From assembly GCA_036743175.1 (NCBI GenBank), contig DAINQB010000001.1:69135-133134 (forward strand): DNA of 64,000 bases, in the 5' to 3' direction. The notes under the pieces were generated by a model. It saw only the letters and a list, made by a program, of their open reading frames with translations. It was not told the origin of the DNA and ran no database searches. Positions within the stretch are counted from its first letter, which is position 1; the number at the start of each line of letters is the position of its first letter. Made by a program: the position numbers and the translations under genes. The DNA comes from Bacillota bacterium (lineage in GTDB: Bacteria > Bacillota > Clostridia > DUPQ01). Shown piece by piece: positions 30,107 to 40,689 of this stretch.

Positions 30107-31167
30107 CAGTCCCCCCGGTTGAATCCGTTTATCAGCACCATGAGTTCATCAAGGGCTTCATCCGCTGTAACTTTCTTTATTATTTCACCTTTTTTAAACA
30201 GGAGAGCACCATCTGAACCTCCCGCTATACCAAGATCGGCATGGCGTGCCTCATTGGGACCGTTGACTCCGCATCCCATGACAGCAACATCCAATGATAT
30301 CTCAAGGTCCCTGGTCCTTTTCTCCAGTTCGTTGGCAATGTATATGATGTCCACCTTTGTTCTTCCGCAGGTCGGACATGAAATAATATTGACACCCTTT
30401 TTATATAAGCCAAGGGCCCTTAAAAGAACCTTTGCAGCCTCAACTTCATTCACTGGGTCCGCTGTAAGAGAGTATCTGATTGTATCACCGATTCCTTCTT
30501 CTAGAAGAATAGCCAGGGCTGCAGAGGACTTGATTGTCCCGGAAAAGACAGTCCCCGCCTCCGTAAGGCCTATATGGATTGGATAATCATATCTTTCATG
30601 CATCACACGGTTGATTGCAACCATATTAAGTATGTCCGATGACTTTGCGGCAATCACCAGATTCCTGTAGTCCATATCCTCTATCATGGTTACCTGCCGG
30701 TCAAGGTCCTCCATCATGGCTTTTACGGTTGCTCCGCCGTATTTTTCATAAAGTTCCCTTGAAAGAGACCCTGAATTGACTCCGACCCTTATGGGGATAT
30801 TTCTTTCCTTTGCAGCCTTTACGACTTCCGCAACCTTTTCCCTGCCGCCTATGTTCCCGGGGTTGATCCTTATCTTGTCTGCACCGTTTTCAATGCTTGC
30901 AACGGCAAGCCTGTGGTCAAAATGTATATCTGCCACAATGGGAATGTTTATCTGCTGTTTTATTTTACCAAGTGCAGCTGCACTCTCCCAGTCAGGTACC
31001 GTGACCCTTATGATTTCGCATCCTGCAGCAGTCAGCACTCTGATCTGTCTGACCGTTGAATCAATGTCAGCTGTAACTGTATTCGTCATGGATTGAATCG
31101 CAATGGGTCTTCCACCGCCAATTGTCCTGCTGCCTATTGATATTTCCCTTTTCACTTTTCCCATCAT
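30106..31167 (-). CDS. ispG: 4-hydroxy-3-methylbut-2-en-1-yl diphosphate synthase (flavodoxin)
   Basis: MMGKVKREISIGSRTIGGGRPIAIQSMTNT is the typical GcpE N-terminus. Confidence 0.9.
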   Translation of the reverse strand: MMGKVKREISIGSRTIGGGRPIAIQSMTNTVTADIDSTVRQIRVLTAAGCEIIRVTVPDWESAAALGKIKQQINIPIVADIHFDHRLAVASIENGADKIRINPGNIGGREKVAEVVKAAKERNIPIRVGVNSGSLSRELYEKYGGATVKAMMEDLDRQVTMIEDMDYRNLVIAAKSSDILNMVAINRVMHERYDYPIHIGLTEAGTVFSGTIKSSAALAILLEEGIGDTIRYSLTADPVNEVEAAKVLLRALGLYKKGVNIISCPTCGRTKVDIIYIANELEKRTRDLEISLDVAVMGCGVNGPNEARHADLGIAGGSDGALLFKKGEIIKKVTADEALDELMVLINGFNRGD

Positions 31168-32441
31168 CGAAGCCCCAGCAATCTTACGATGTCATTGAAG
31201 GTTGCAAACAGAAGCAGTGCCATCAGAAGTACGAAACCGGCTACGGTTATCCAGGCTGTTTTTTCCATTGGGAATGGCTTTCTTCGAATGCCCTCAATGG
31301 TGTGTATGACGATTTTGCTGCCGTCAAGGGCTGGAAAAGGTATGAGGTTCATGAGCCCCAGGTTGAGGCTTATGAAAGCCATCATGTTGGCAAGGTTGAT
31401 GATGAACATCCTGAATGTATCCTGTTGGATTGTAGCCCCGATGGTAGTGACGATTCCAACCGGACCCATCATTTCCCGGAACTTAACGGCGCCTGTTATA
31501 AGCCAGACAAGTGAAAGAATAACTGCCCTCAGTGTAGATATTGAAAATCCAACGGCATGTTTAATGGCAGTGAACACGTTGGTCGATGCCCCTTCATAAT
31601 ATATTCCCAGGTCATAGTATTCGGGTATACTCTGGAAGGCAGGTTCGAATGTAAAGAGTTCATACTTCCCATCCTTCTCAATACCTACCACCACAGTATC
31701 ACCATTGCTGTTTGCCATTGCAGCATCTATGTCGTCCCTGGAGAATACCGGATTGCCGTCAACGGAAACTATCTTGTCTCCCTGGCGCAGACCTGCGATG
31801 TATCCGTTGGAGTCTTCATCGATGCTGCCTACCACCGTACTTTCCCCTTCAGGTATGAAATTGATCATATATCTGTCCCCGCCGACCTGTTCAGGTGTTG
31901 CCAGAGCAGTATATTTTTCACCATCTCTTTTATACTCAATTTCGATTTTCCTGCCGTCAACCGTATATAGAAGAACAGTTAAATCCAATGGGTCATAGAC
32001 TCTTCTGCCGTCAATTGATATCAACTCGTCCCCGGAGCGAAGTCCGGCTTCATAAGCCACTGTACCTTCTTCAATGACTGTATTCTTATCCAGTGCATAG
32101 CCGGAGGAAAGAAACAGTATGAAGAGAACCAGCAGTGCAAAAATAAAGTTTGCGGCAGGGCCTGCAGATACCGCAATTATTTTCTTCCAGGCAGGCATCC
32201 TTGAATAGGATGTGGAACTGTCCACGTCCTCTTCCTCGCCCTCCATGGCCACAAATCCCCCAATGGGAATTGCCCTTATACTGTAAACCGTACCTTTTCT
32301 TTCGAAGCTGAAAAGCTTCGGACCCATGAATATTGCAAATTCCAGGACCCTGATCCCAACGGCCCTTGCTGCAATGAAATGGCCGATTTCATGTACCATT
32401 ATTATTATACTGAGTGCCAGTATGGCAACGACTATATTCAA
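31164..32441 (-). CDS. rseP: RIP metalloprotease RseP (site-2 protease)
   Basis: HEIGHF zinc motif, PDZ domains, TM segments. Confidence 0.85.
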   Translation of the reverse strand: MNIVVAILALSIIIMVHEIGHFIAARAVGIRVLEFAIFMGPKLFSFERKGTVYSIRAIPIGGFVAMEGEEEDVDSSTSYSRMPAWKKIIAVSAGPAANFIFALLVLFILFLSSGYALDKNTVIEEGTVAYEAGLRSGDELISIDGRRVYDPLDLTVLLYTVDGRKIEIEYKRDGEKYTALATPEQVGGDRYMINFIPEGESTVVGSIDEDSNGYIAGLRQGDKIVSVDGNPVFSRDDIDAAMANSNGDTVVVGIEKDGKYELFTFEPAFQSIPEYYDLGIYYEGASTNVFTAIKHAVGFSISTLRAVILSLVWLITGAVKFREMMGPVGIVTTIGATIQQDTFRMFIINLANMMAFISLNLGLMNLIPFPALDGSKIVIHTIEGIRRKPFPMEKTAWITVAGFVLLMALLLFATFNDIVRLLGLR

Positions 32442-32442
32442 T

Positions 32443-33585
32443 TCAAACCTCCTTGATCATCCTTTGTGCATTTTGTCTTGCCAGCTTGTCCTGCTCCAGG
32501 ATTGTTTCAATGGACTTTGCTTCCACCGGGTCATGCATTGTCATAACCTCTTCTATGATCCTGGGTATATCCAAGAAGGAAATATGACCGGACAAAAATG
32601 CCCTTACAGCTTCCTCATTGGCTGCATTCATTGCACATGGCATGGTTTTTCCTGTACGGCCCGCCTCATATGCCAGACTGAGACATCTGAACGTCTCCAT
32701 GTCCGGCTCATGGAATTGCAGACCCGCTAGATTATATATATCCAGTTTACTGAAATTATTGCACACTCTTTTAGGATATGTAAGGGAATATTGTATTGGA
32801 ATCCTCATATCCGGTGCTCCGAGCTGCGCAATGATGCTTCCGTCCGTGAATCCTACCATGGAATGAACGATGCTGCCAGGATGCACGACTACCTTTATCC
32901 TTTCATATTCCATATCGAAGAGCCACCTTGCTTCTATGACTTCAAGACCTTTGTTCATAAGGGTCGCACTGTCTATTGTAATCTTGCTTCCCATGGTCCA
33001 GCTCGGGTGGCGAAGAGCCATTTCCCTGGTGACATCCTTCAGTTTCTCGGCACTGTACCCCCTGAAAGGTCCTCCCGATGCTGTAAGGTAAATGCTGTCG
33101 ATTTCATTGTGCCGGTTTCCTTCCATGCATTGGAATACGGCAGAGTGTTCACTGTCCACCGGTATCAGTTCTACATTTCTTTCGTGTGCCGCCTTCATTA
33201 TCAGGTCTCCGGCAGCTACCAGAGTTTCTTTGTTGGCAAGGGCAACTCTCCGGGCTGTTCCTATGGCTTCAAGGGTAGGCATTATTCCTGCACTGCCCAC
33301 TATGCCGTTTACGACAATGTCGGCATTGCTGTTCCTTATGCATTCAAGAATTCCCGGGCTTCCTGCATAGGTCCTTACCCCATCGATAAGTGTTTTGAAT
33401 TTTTCGTATTTGTCTTCACTGGCAATTGCTGCGTGCCCGGGTCCGTAATCCCTGCATATGGCAGCAAGGCCTTCATAATCGGTATCAGCCGTAACACAGG
33501 TTACAATGAAACCCATTTCCCTGCACACATCAAGTGCCTGTCTCCCTATTGAACCTGTTGCACCCAGAATGCAAACCTTGGTCAT
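32443..33585 (-). CDS. dxr: 1-deoxy-D-xylulose 5-phosphate reductoisomerase
   Basis: MTKVCILGATGSIGRQALDV is the typical Dxr N-terminal NADPH-binding region. Confidence 0.9.
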   Translation of the reverse strand: MTKVCILGATGSIGRQALDVCREMGFIVTCVTADTDYEGLAAICRDYGPGHAAIASEDKYEKFKTLIDGVRTYAGSPGILECIRNSNADIVVNGIVGSAGIMPTLEAIGTARRVALANKETLVAAGDLIMKAAHERNVELIPVDSEHSAVFQCMEGNRHNEIDSIYLTASGGPFRGYSAEKLKDVTREMALRHPSWTMGSKITIDSATLMNKGLEVIEARWLFDMEYERIKVVVHPGSIVHSMVGFTDGSIIAQLGAPDMRIPIQYSLTYPKRVCNNFSKLDIYNLAGLQFHEPDMETFRCLSLAYEAGRTGKTMPCAMNAANEEAVRAFLSGHISFLDIPRIIEEVMTMHDPVEAKSIETILEQDKLARQNAQRMIKEV

Positions 33586-33597
33586 GTTTCCTCCAAA

Positions 33598-34419
33598 TCA
33601 GATAATAAAAATCACATATGTAAGCGGCAGCAGGAAAATCAGGCTGTCCACCCTGTCGAGAAGACCTCCGTGTCCCGGTATCAGTCTGCCGAAATCCTTG
33701 ATTGAGAATTCCCTTTTCAAAAAGGATGCAGCCCAGTCACCCAGCTGGGAAACCACTCCGGTCTCTGCTATGATTATTATCATTTTAACAAGTCCCGGAT
33801 ATGTACCGGCCACATTCTTCATGATAATTGTGTATATGGTCATGAATATGATGCTTCCTGCAATTCCGCCAATGCTGCCTTCAACGGTTTTCTTGGGGCT
33901 GATCTTCGGAACAATCTTCCGCTTCCCCCAGAAATATCCTGTGAAGTATGCAAATGTATCAGTTGCTATTGCTCCGACCAGAATCATGCCCAGCAGCCAT
34001 TTCCCGTCCGGCAGTTCCATGACCAGTACTGCAAAACTGAGCGGAACCACTGCATAAAGGGTACCGAATGCAGTGTATATGATGCTCTTAAGGTCATGGC
34101 GTTTGTTGAACATGGCTATCGTAAGGAGAAAGATAATGAAGAACATCGAAACCACCAGATATCCGCGGCCCCTTAAGACATCCTGCTTTATTACAAGGTC
34201 ATTGTATGTATTGAAAAGCACAGCAGTATATAACAGTGTGAAAATATATGACGGAAGCTTGAATGCAGCAATTCCCCCCTGCTCCAGCATATGCATGAAT
34301 TCATTGCAGCAGATAAGTGCAAGTACAAGATAGACAAGATAGAACCACTCGGTCGCCAGGAAAAATACCGACGCCACCATTAGAAGCACGAGAATGCCTG
34401 CGATAATTCTGGTCTTCAC
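33598..34419 (-). CDS. cdsA: Phosphatidate cytidylyltransferase
   Basis: 273 aa membrane protein with a CTP-transferase C-terminal signature; conserved uppS-cdsA-dxr order. Confidence 0.8.
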   Translation of the reverse strand: MKTRIIAGILVLLMVASVFFLATEWFYLVYLVLALICCNEFMHMLEQGGIAAFKLPSYIFTLLYTAVLFNTYNDLVIKQDVLRGRGYLVVSMFFIIFLLTIAMFNKRHDLKSIIYTAFGTLYAVVPLSFAVLVMELPDGKWLLGMILVGAIATDTFAYFTGYFWGKRKIVPKISPKKTVEGSIGGIAGSIIFMTIYTIIMKNVAGTYPGLVKMIIIIAETGVVSQLGDWAASFLKREFSIKDFGRLIPGHGGLLDRVDSLIFLLPLTYVIFII

Positions 34420-35144
34420 TTCTTGATACCTCCGAATCGTCTGATTCTTTTATTATAGTCCCTGACCGCCTGCAGCAGATGTTTCAACCTGAAATCCGGC
34501 CACAGGACATCGGAAAACCACAGTTCCGAATATGATGACTGCCATAACAGATAGTTTGACATGCGTTTTTCACCACTTGACCTGATGATTAGGTCCGGGT
34601 CGGGAATGCCTGCTGTAAACAGGGCTCCGGAGATTGCCTCTTCAGATATTCCTTCGGGCGAAATCCTTCCTTCAATGCACTCCATGGCAAGCCTTCTTGC
34701 TGCATTTGTGATTTCTGCCCTTGCCCCGTAATCAAGGGCAACAACGAATGTAAGACCAGTCTTGTCCTTCGTCCGTTCCTCTGTATTCCTTATTTTCTCT
34801 ACGATGTCCTCTGAAAGTCTGTTTCTGAAACCAATGAACTTAATACGTACATTTGTATCCTTTGAGGACTCGGCTGTACGATCCAGAAACTCCCTTATGA
34901 GATCCATGAGGTTATCTATCTCTTCAGCAGGTCTTTTCCAGTTTTCCGTCGAAAAAGCATATGCGGTGAGGTATTTCAGCCCAATGGCATCACAATCCTC
35001 CACAAGCTTCTTTATTGCACTGGCTCCGGCCCTGTGGCCGGCAGACCTCGGAAGTCCCCTTCTGTTTGCCCAGCGTCCGTTGCCATCCATGAACAAAGCA
35101 ATATGTTCCGGCAGCCTGGGGATTTTGACAGATTTTTTCATCAT
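34416..35144 (-). CDS. uppS: Isoprenyl transferase (undecaprenyl diphosphate synthase)
   Basis: HIALFMDGNGRWA motif. Confidence 0.9.
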   Translation of the reverse strand: MMKKSVKIPRLPEHIALFMDGNGRWANRRGLPRSAGHRAGASAIKKLVEDCDAIGLKYLTAYAFSTENWKRPAEEIDNLMDLIREFLDRTAESSKDTNVRIKFIGFRNRLSEDIVEKIRNTEERTKDKTGLTFVVALDYGARAEITNAARRLAMECIEGRISPEGISEEAISGALFTAGIPDPDLIIRSSGEKRMSNYLLWQSSYSELWFSDVLWPDFRLKHLLQAVRDYNKRIRRFGGIKK

Positions 35145-35303
35145 ATGAGTTTCTCCAACTTTCTAATACATCATACCAAATCACAGGTCAATAATCACCC
35201 CTGACCCAAACAATTTATATGCTGCAAATAATTACGACTGTCGTAAATATCGTCCGGTTATAATTATTACTTTTTGTTTCGATATGATCTTGCTGCTCCA
35301 GGT

Positions 35304-35337
35304 GCAAAAAAAACGAAATGCCGTTGGCATTTCGTTA
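35304..35337 (-). terminator. Intrinsic (bidirectional-type) terminator after frr
   Basis: Perfect 10-bp stem acgaaatgcc-gtt-ggcatttcgt with A8 upstream and a T-run downstream on the plus strand (so a U-run on either strand); ~20 nt after the frr stop. Confidence 0.7.
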
Positions 35338-35356
35338 CTTTTTGCTGTTTCGATTA

Positions 35357-35917
35357 TCAGACCTCAGTGACTTCGGCTTCCTTCTGCTTTACAAGTTCAT
35401 CTATGTTCTTGATATGCATGTCCGTAAGTTCCTGTATGTCCTTTTCTATGTCCTTGTAATCATCCTCGGTTATTTCGCTGGCTTTCTGTTGTTTCTTGAA
35501 CTCATCGATTGCACTTCGCCTTATGTTCCTTATCTTGACCTTGGCTTCCTCTCCATGGTTCTTTACAACCTTCACAATCTCATTTCTTCTTTCCTCTGAA
35601 GGAGTCGGGAACGTAAGCCTTATCACCTTTCCGTCGCTGTTCGGGTTTATTCCGATGTTGGATGCCTGTATGGCTTTTTCAACATCCTTTACAACACCTG
35701 CATCCCACGGCTGAATTACTATCATCCTGGCATCAGGAACCGATATATTACCAAGTTGGTTAATCGGAGTCGGTACTCCATAATAGTCAACCATGATTCC
35801 ATTTAAAATGGCTGGATTTGCCCTGCCTGCTCTTATTGTTGCCAAATGTTCCTTGAAATGCTCAATGACTTCATCCATCTCCATACTGAATTCGGTATAA
35901 TCGTCTTCATACTGCAT
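35357..35917 (-). CDS. frr: Ribosome recycling factor
   Basis: 186 aa; typical Frr sequence. Confidence 0.9.
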   Translation of the reverse strand: MQYEDDYTEFSMEMDEVIEHFKEHLATIRAGRANPAILNGIMVDYYGVPTPINQLGNISVPDARMIVIQPWDAGVVKDVEKAIQASNIGINPNSDGKVIRLTFPTPSEERRNEIVKVVKNHGEEAKVKIRNIRRSAIDEFKKQQKASEITEDDYKDIEKDIQELTDMHIKNIDELVKQKEAEVTEV

Positions 35918-35976
35918 AAAAATACCTCCTTGACTTTTTTTACATTATCTCATAAGTCAAAATAATAATGCAAACC

Positions 35977-36687
35977 CTATTTCTCAATATAGGTTCCTGT
36001 GCTCTTGCCAAGTACTGCATCGACGATATTATCCGGTTTTTCAAGAGCAAACAGCAATGACGGCATTTCATTGTCAAGACAAAGTGATGTAGCAGTCAGG
36101 TCTATGGCAGCAAGTTTCTTTTTCAATACCTCATGATAGGATATTGTATTGTATTTGACTGCATCCGGATTCTTATTAGGGTCATCGGAATATATACCGT
36201 CTATATTCTTGGCAAACAGTATTATATCAGCATCAATTTCCGCCGCTCTGAGAGCAGCAGCAGTATCGGTTGAGAAAAATGGATTTCCGGTTCCGCAGGC
36301 AAATATGACAATGTCATTGTTTTCAAGGTGCGAAACTGCCTTTCTTCTTATATATGGTTCACATATTCTGTCCATGGGGATGGCTGTCATGACCCTTGTC
36401 GGGATTTCCCGTTTCTCTATTGCATCCTGAAGGGCAAGGGCATTTATGACGGTTCCCAGCATTCCCATATGGTCTGCCGTCGACCTGTCCATTCCGGCTC
36501 CGTCCCTGCCCCGGAAAAAGTTACCCGCGCCAACTACCAGGGCTATCTGTACGCCCATCCCATAAACTTCCACAAGACTGTCAACAATCCCGTTTACAGT
36601 CTCAGAATCAATGCCAAACCCCTTTTTGCCAGCGAGGGCTTCTCCGCTCAGTTTTAAAAGAATTCTCTTGTATTTTGCTTTTCCCAC
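35977..36687 (-). CDS. pyrH: UMP kinase
   Basis: GTG start behind RBS GGCGGGAG; RILLKLSGEAL N-terminus. Confidence 0.9.
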   Translation of the reverse strand: MGKAKYKRILLKLSGEALAGKKGFGIDSETVNGIVDSLVEVYGMGVQIALVVGAGNFFRGRDGAGMDRSTADHMGMLGTVINALALQDAIEKREIPTRVMTAIPMDRICEPYIRRKAVSHLENNDIVIFACGTGNPFFSTDTAAALRAAEIDADIILFAKNIDGIYSDDPNKNPDAVKYNTISYHEVLKKKLAAIDLTATSLCLDNEMPSLLFALEKPDNIVDAVLGKSTGTYIEK

Positions 36688-36710
36688 TTTCTCCCGCCTT
36701 TCATAAATGG

Positions 36711-36740
36711 GTAAAAAAAGGGCACATACGTGCCCTTTGA
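36711..36740 (-). terminator. Intrinsic terminator/attenuator between tsf and pyrH
   Basis: Hairpin GGGCACGUAUGUGCCC followed by U7 on the minus strand, starting 6 nt after the tsf stop. Confidence 0.65.
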
Positions 36741-36744
36741 TTGG

Positions 36745-37389
36745 TCAACCCATTGTTTTCTGAACTTCTTCAGCGAAGTTTTCATTTCTCTTTTCAAGAC
36801 CTTCACCCATTTCGTATCTGGTGAATCTTCTTATCCTGATGTTTTCTCCGATTCTTGCAATCAGTTCAGTTGTAAGACCCTGTACTGTTTTGTCTGTATC
36901 CTTTATGAACTGCTGCTCCTCAAGACATATCTGTTTGAAGAATTTGTCTATTCTGCCTTCGATGATCTTGTCAACGACTGCTTCAGGTTTTCCTTCATTA
37001 AGAGCCTGGGCCTTGAGTATCGCCTTTTCCTTTTCAACCACATCAGCAGGAACCTCGTCCCTTCTGACATACTGCGGTTTCATGGCTGCAATCTGCATGG
37101 CTATGTCCTTCGCAAACTGTTGGAAATCTTCATTTTTTGCAGCAAAGTCAGTCTCGATGTTGACTTCAAGCAATACACCGATTCTTCCGTTGCCATGGAT
37201 ATATGATGTTACGACACCTTCAGCGGCAATCCTTCCGGATTTCTTTTCTGCGGTTGAAATACCTTTTTCCCTCAAATATTCTACAGCCTTCTCAAAATCA
37301 CCATTTGATTCAACGAGGGCTTTCTTGCAATCCATCATACCGGCACCGGTCTGTTCCCTGAGCGCCTTGACATCTGTTGCCTTTATCAT
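36745..37389 (-). CDS. tsf: Translation elongation factor Ts (short form)
   Basis: [26 protein letters not shown]-terminus; 214 aa. Confidence 0.9.
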   Translation of the reverse strand: MIKATDVKALREQTGAGMMDCKKALVESNGDFEKAVEYLREKGISTAEKKSGRIAAEGVVTSYIHGNGRIGVLLEVNIETDFAAKNEDFQQFAKDIAMQIAAMKPQYVRRDEVPADVVEKEKAILKAQALNEGKPEAVVDKIIEGRIDKFFKQICLEEQQFIKDTDKTVQGLTTELIARIGENIRIRRFTRYEMGEGLEKRNENFAEEVQKTMG

Positions 37390-37411
37390 TATCGTTTCCT
37401 CCTTGATTTAT

Positions 37412-38218
37412 TTACTCGGTTTCTTCTTCGTCTTCGGTTTCAGGATCAAAGGTTTCGTCCTCAACTACTTCCTCAACCTGTTCTTCCTCTGTCTCTTCAG
37501 AAACTTCCGTGGTTTCGTCCTCAACGCTGTACTGTTCTCCCCTGTTTGCTTCTATTACAGCATTTGCCATTACGGATGCAATCAGTTTGACCGCCCTTAT
37601 GGCGTCATCATTTCCCGGGATGATATAGTCGACTTCGTCAGGATCACAGTTTGTGTCCACGATTGCAACTATGGGGATGTTGAGTTTCTTTGCTTCAAGG
37701 ATGGCATTTCTTTCCTTGTTGGGATCCACGATGAACAATGCGTCCGGTACTCCGTGCATGTCCTTGATTCCACCGAGGTTGGTTTCAAGTTTTTCCATCT
37801 CAAGCCTGAGTTTGATGACTTCCTTCTTCGGTAGAAGATCGAATGTGCCGTCTTCCTCCATTGTATGGAGTTCCTTGAGCCTTGCAATCCTCTTGTTGAT
37901 TGTCTTGTAATTGGTAAGTGTTCCACCAAGCCATCTGGCCTTCATGTAGAACATTCCGCATCTGATTGCTTCTTCCTGTACAGAATCCTGGGCCTGCTTC
38001 TTGGTTCCGACAAACAGAATTTCTCCGCCGTCCATGACCGTATCCCTTATAAAGGCATAGGCTTCCTCAATCTTCTTTACGGTTTTCTGCAAATCTACGA
38101 TGTGGATTCCGTTCCTTTCGGTGAAAATGTATTCCGCCATCTTGGGGTTCCATCTTCTTGTCTGGTGACCGAAATGAACGCCAGCTTCCAAAAGCTGTTT
38201 CATTGATACAACTGCCAT
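37412..38218 (-). CDS. rpsB: 30S ribosomal protein S2
   Basis: [27 protein letters not shown]; acidic C-terminal tail. Confidence 0.95.
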   Translation of the reverse strand: MAVVSMKQLLEAGVHFGHQTRRWNPKMAEYIFTERNGIHIVDLQKTVKKIEEAYAFIRDTVMDGGEILFVGTKKQAQDSVQEEAIRCGMFYMKARWLGGTLTNYKTINKRIARLKELHTMEEDGTFDLLPKKEVIKLRLEMEKLETNLGGIKDMHGVPDALFIVDPNKERNAILEAKKLNIPIVAIVDTNCDPDEVDYIIPGNDDAIRAVKLIASVMANAVIEANRGEQYSVEDETTEVSEETEEEQVEEVVEDETFDPETEDEEETE

Positions 38219-38463
38219 ATTTTCCTCCTGTTTTTTCCTCCACGGCCTTCATTTTCCCAGGGCACCACGAGGGCACATCCCCGGGAATCCACCGTGTGTG
38301 TATTCCGGTTAACAATTATACATACTGCGGAGAATTAAAGCAATACCCAAATTTTCACCCTCCGAAAAATAACACTTGCCTATTATTTTTATATCTGTTA
38401 AAATGTCATGGCGTGTTCAAGGACATGTATATTAAAATATTTACGGAAAAGGAGGTGCTTGAA

Positions 38464-38649
38464 ATGGCAAAGTGTGAAATATGCAGCAAGTCCACGGTAT
38501 TCGGACATAATGTCAGTCACTCCGTCAGGAGAACAAACCGGAGCTGGAAGCCAAACATCAGGAAAATCAAAATAAATGACAACGGCACCATCAGGAAAGC
38601 TAGGGTTTGTACAAGCTGCCTTCGTTCAAATAAAGTGGAAAGAGCTTGA
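38464..38649 (+). CDS. rpmB: 50S ribosomal protein L28
   Basis: MAKCEICSKSTVFGHNVSHSVRRTNRSWKPN...CTSCLRSNKVERA; RBS GGAGGTG. The longer 163-aa track ORF is only an in-frame upstream extension. Confidence 0.85.
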   Translation: MAKCEICSKSTVFGHNVSHSVRRTNRSWKPNIRKIKINDNGTIRKARVCTSCLRSNKVERA

Positions 38650-38651
38650 TT

Positions 38652-38692
38652 ACAAAAAAAAAGAACACGATTGAACGGGTTCTTTTTTTTTG
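38652..38692. terminator. Bidirectional terminator between convergent rpmB and the MFS transporter gene
   Basis: A9-aagaac..cg-attgaa-cg..gttctt-T9: a hairpin flanked by an A-run and a T-run. Confidence 0.55.
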
Positions 38693-38711
38693 CCTTTTAA
38701 TATTTAGTCAA

Positions 38712-39995
38712 TCAGTCATCCATTGAATCATAGGCTTCGATGTTCTTTACAGCCTCAGGTTTATTATCTCCGTGTCTTACAAAGATCATTGTAATCAGGG
38801 CAAGAATTCCAAAAAGTGTACCATAAGGGAATAGGGTCCAGTACCCTACATAATCAAGGAGGGCACCCGACAGAATCGGTGTTATTATTTGTGCTGACAT
38901 TGAAAACGTATAATAGATTCCTGTATATTTCCCTACATCGGCGCTTCGGCTCATTTCAACCACCATTGGGTAGGAGTTCACATTTATTGACGCCCAGCCA
39001 ACACCTGCAAGGGCAAAGAAGAAGAACAGCAGTGTTGAGAAACTTTTGAAGAATGCAGCTGCTATAAATGCGACGGCAAGGAGTACAAGCCCGAACAGGA
39101 TGGTTTTCTTCCTGCCGACCTTTGATGCAACTATACCTACGGGAATGAAAGCTATGATTGCCGCTACCTGAGCCACAATCAGAGTGTATGCAAACAGTCC
39201 GCCCTCAAGCCCCCAGTAAACCTGGGCATATCTTGAAAAAGCGGTTGTGACTGCATTATAGCCCATGAACCAAAGAAAGACGGCCGCAAGCAGGAAGTAG
39301 AAACTTTTCTTCACATCGGGAGCCATTACTTCGGATGATTTCCTGCTTTTCTCGTCGCTGACCTGCTCATCAATGTCCTTTACAAGCTTTCTCTCCTTAA
39401 TTGTGAGTACAAGAATCATTATTGCTATCAGCATGAATCCTGCAATAACTGCAAAGACAGGAATGTAATCAGGATTGTCGCCCTTGGGCACCAGTACCCC
39501 CACAGCAAGCAGTGCAAATATTCCGCCTACAGCTCCCATGAGGTTGATTACTGCATTCGCCTTTGATCTCAGGGGCTTCGGAGTAACGTCGGGCATCAGT
39601 GCCACGCTTGCAGACCTGTAGGAACTCATGGCCAGCAGTGTAATACCCAGTGCAATGAACAGGAGTACAAAAGACCTCATGTTATTGGATACCGGAATGA
39701 ACATCATGCTGGTTACAGACAAAAGGGTTCCAATCAGTATGTAGGGCATCCTGCGCCCCATCCTTGAATTGGTCTTGTCGGACAGAGTTCCGAACAACGG
39801 AAGAAGAATCAAGGCCAGCACATTGTCTGCCGCCATGAAAATACCCGTTATGGTATCGCTTATTCCGAATGTATTCCTGAGTATGAGAGGGACGACCCCG
39901 TCATACAACTGCCAGAAGGAACCTATCGTCATGAACGCCAGGCCCACAAGGAAAGTACGTTTATAATTCAGTTTCATCCAAGACTCCTTATGCAA
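38712..39995 (-). CDS. MFS transporter
   Basis: 427 aa, 12 TM segments. Confidence 0.75.
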   Translation of the reverse strand: MHKESWMKLNYKRTFLVGLAFMTIGSFWQLYDGVVPLILRNTFGISDTITGIFMAADNVLALILLPLFGTLSDKTNSRMGRRMPYILIGTLLSVTSMMFIPVSNNMRSFVLLFIALGITLLAMSSYRSASVALMPDVTPKPLRSKANAVINLMGAVGGIFALLAVGVLVPKGDNPDYIPVFAVIAGFMLIAIMILVLTIKERKLVKDIDEQVSDEKSRKSSEVMAPDVKKSFYFLLAAVFLWFMGYNAVTTAFSRYAQVYWGLEGGLFAYTLIVAQVAAIIAFIPVGIVASKVGRKKTILFGLVLLAVAFIAAAFFKSFSTLLFFFFALAGVGWASINVNSYPMVVEMSRSADVGKYTGIYYTFSMSAQIITPILSGALLDYVGYWTLFPYGTLFGILALITMIFVRHGDNKPEAVKNIEAYDSMDD

Positions 39996-40056
39996 AAAAA
40001 TAAGATATCAGTGACATCTTACCATAAAGCCGTTGGAAATGAAATTGTATGGAAAT

Positions 40057-40689
40057 CTATATGTTTCTCCCGTAATTACAGAAGGGTTTTATCGTACATC
40101 TTTCACATTCAGGCTTTCTTGCATTGCATACAGCTCTTCCATGGGAAACAAGCCAATGGGAGAAAACAGTCCATTTATCCCTGGGAATAATTTTCATAAG
40201 GTCCTCTTCAACCTTGACAGGATCCGTGTTTGATGAAAGGCCTATTCGCCTTGACAATCTGCCTGCATGGGTATCAACGATGATACCGGGGACATGGAAG
40301 ATTTCTCCAAGTACAACATTAGCGGTTTTCCGGCCCACTCCGGGAAGACTCAGCAATTCCTCCATTGTCCCGGGAACTTCTCCATTGAAATGGGTGACAA
40401 TCCTTTCACAGCAGGCTTTTATATTCCTTGCCTTGTTCCTGAAGAAACCCGTTGAACGTATCAGCTCCTCAAGTTCCGGAAGATCAGCATTCATGAGGTC
40501 CACTGCAGTCGGAAATCTTTCAAACAATGCCGGGGTCACCATATTGACCCTCTCGTCAGTACACTGTGCCGCCAGTTGTGTTGATACAAGCAAATGCAGG
40601 GGGTTTGCATAATCAAGTGTGCATACCGCCCTGCCATACTCTGCCTCAAGCAGTCTGATCAGGTTGTCAATTCTTTCCTTCTTTGTCAA
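40057..40689 (-). CDS. nth: Endonuclease III
   Basis: HhH-GPD domain and C-terminal 4Fe-4S cluster loop CNARKPECERCTIKPFC. Confidence 0.9.
   Translation of the reverse strand: MTKKERIDNLIRLLEAEYGRAVCTLDYANPLHLLVSTQLAAQCTDERVNMVTPALFERFPTAVDLMNADLPELEELIRSTGFFRNKARNIKACCERIVTHFNGEVPGTMEELLSLPGVGRKTANVVLGEIFHVPGIIVDTHAGRLSRRIGLSSNTDPVKVEEDLMKIIPRDKWTVFSHWLVSHGRAVCNARKPECERCTIKPFCNYGRNI

Noticed and set aside
38225-38300. Imperfect hairpin ccgggaat...attccgg in the rpsB 5' leader as an S2 autoregulatory element
   Set aside because: The stem is imperfect and I cannot match it to a defined rpsB leader motif by eye; left unannotated.
38158-38649. 163-aa ORF on the plus strand
   Set aside because: Only the last 62 codons, from ATG 38464 behind GGAGGTG, match ribosomal protein L28. 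The upstream part is an in-frame read-through of the rpsB/rpmB intergenic region.
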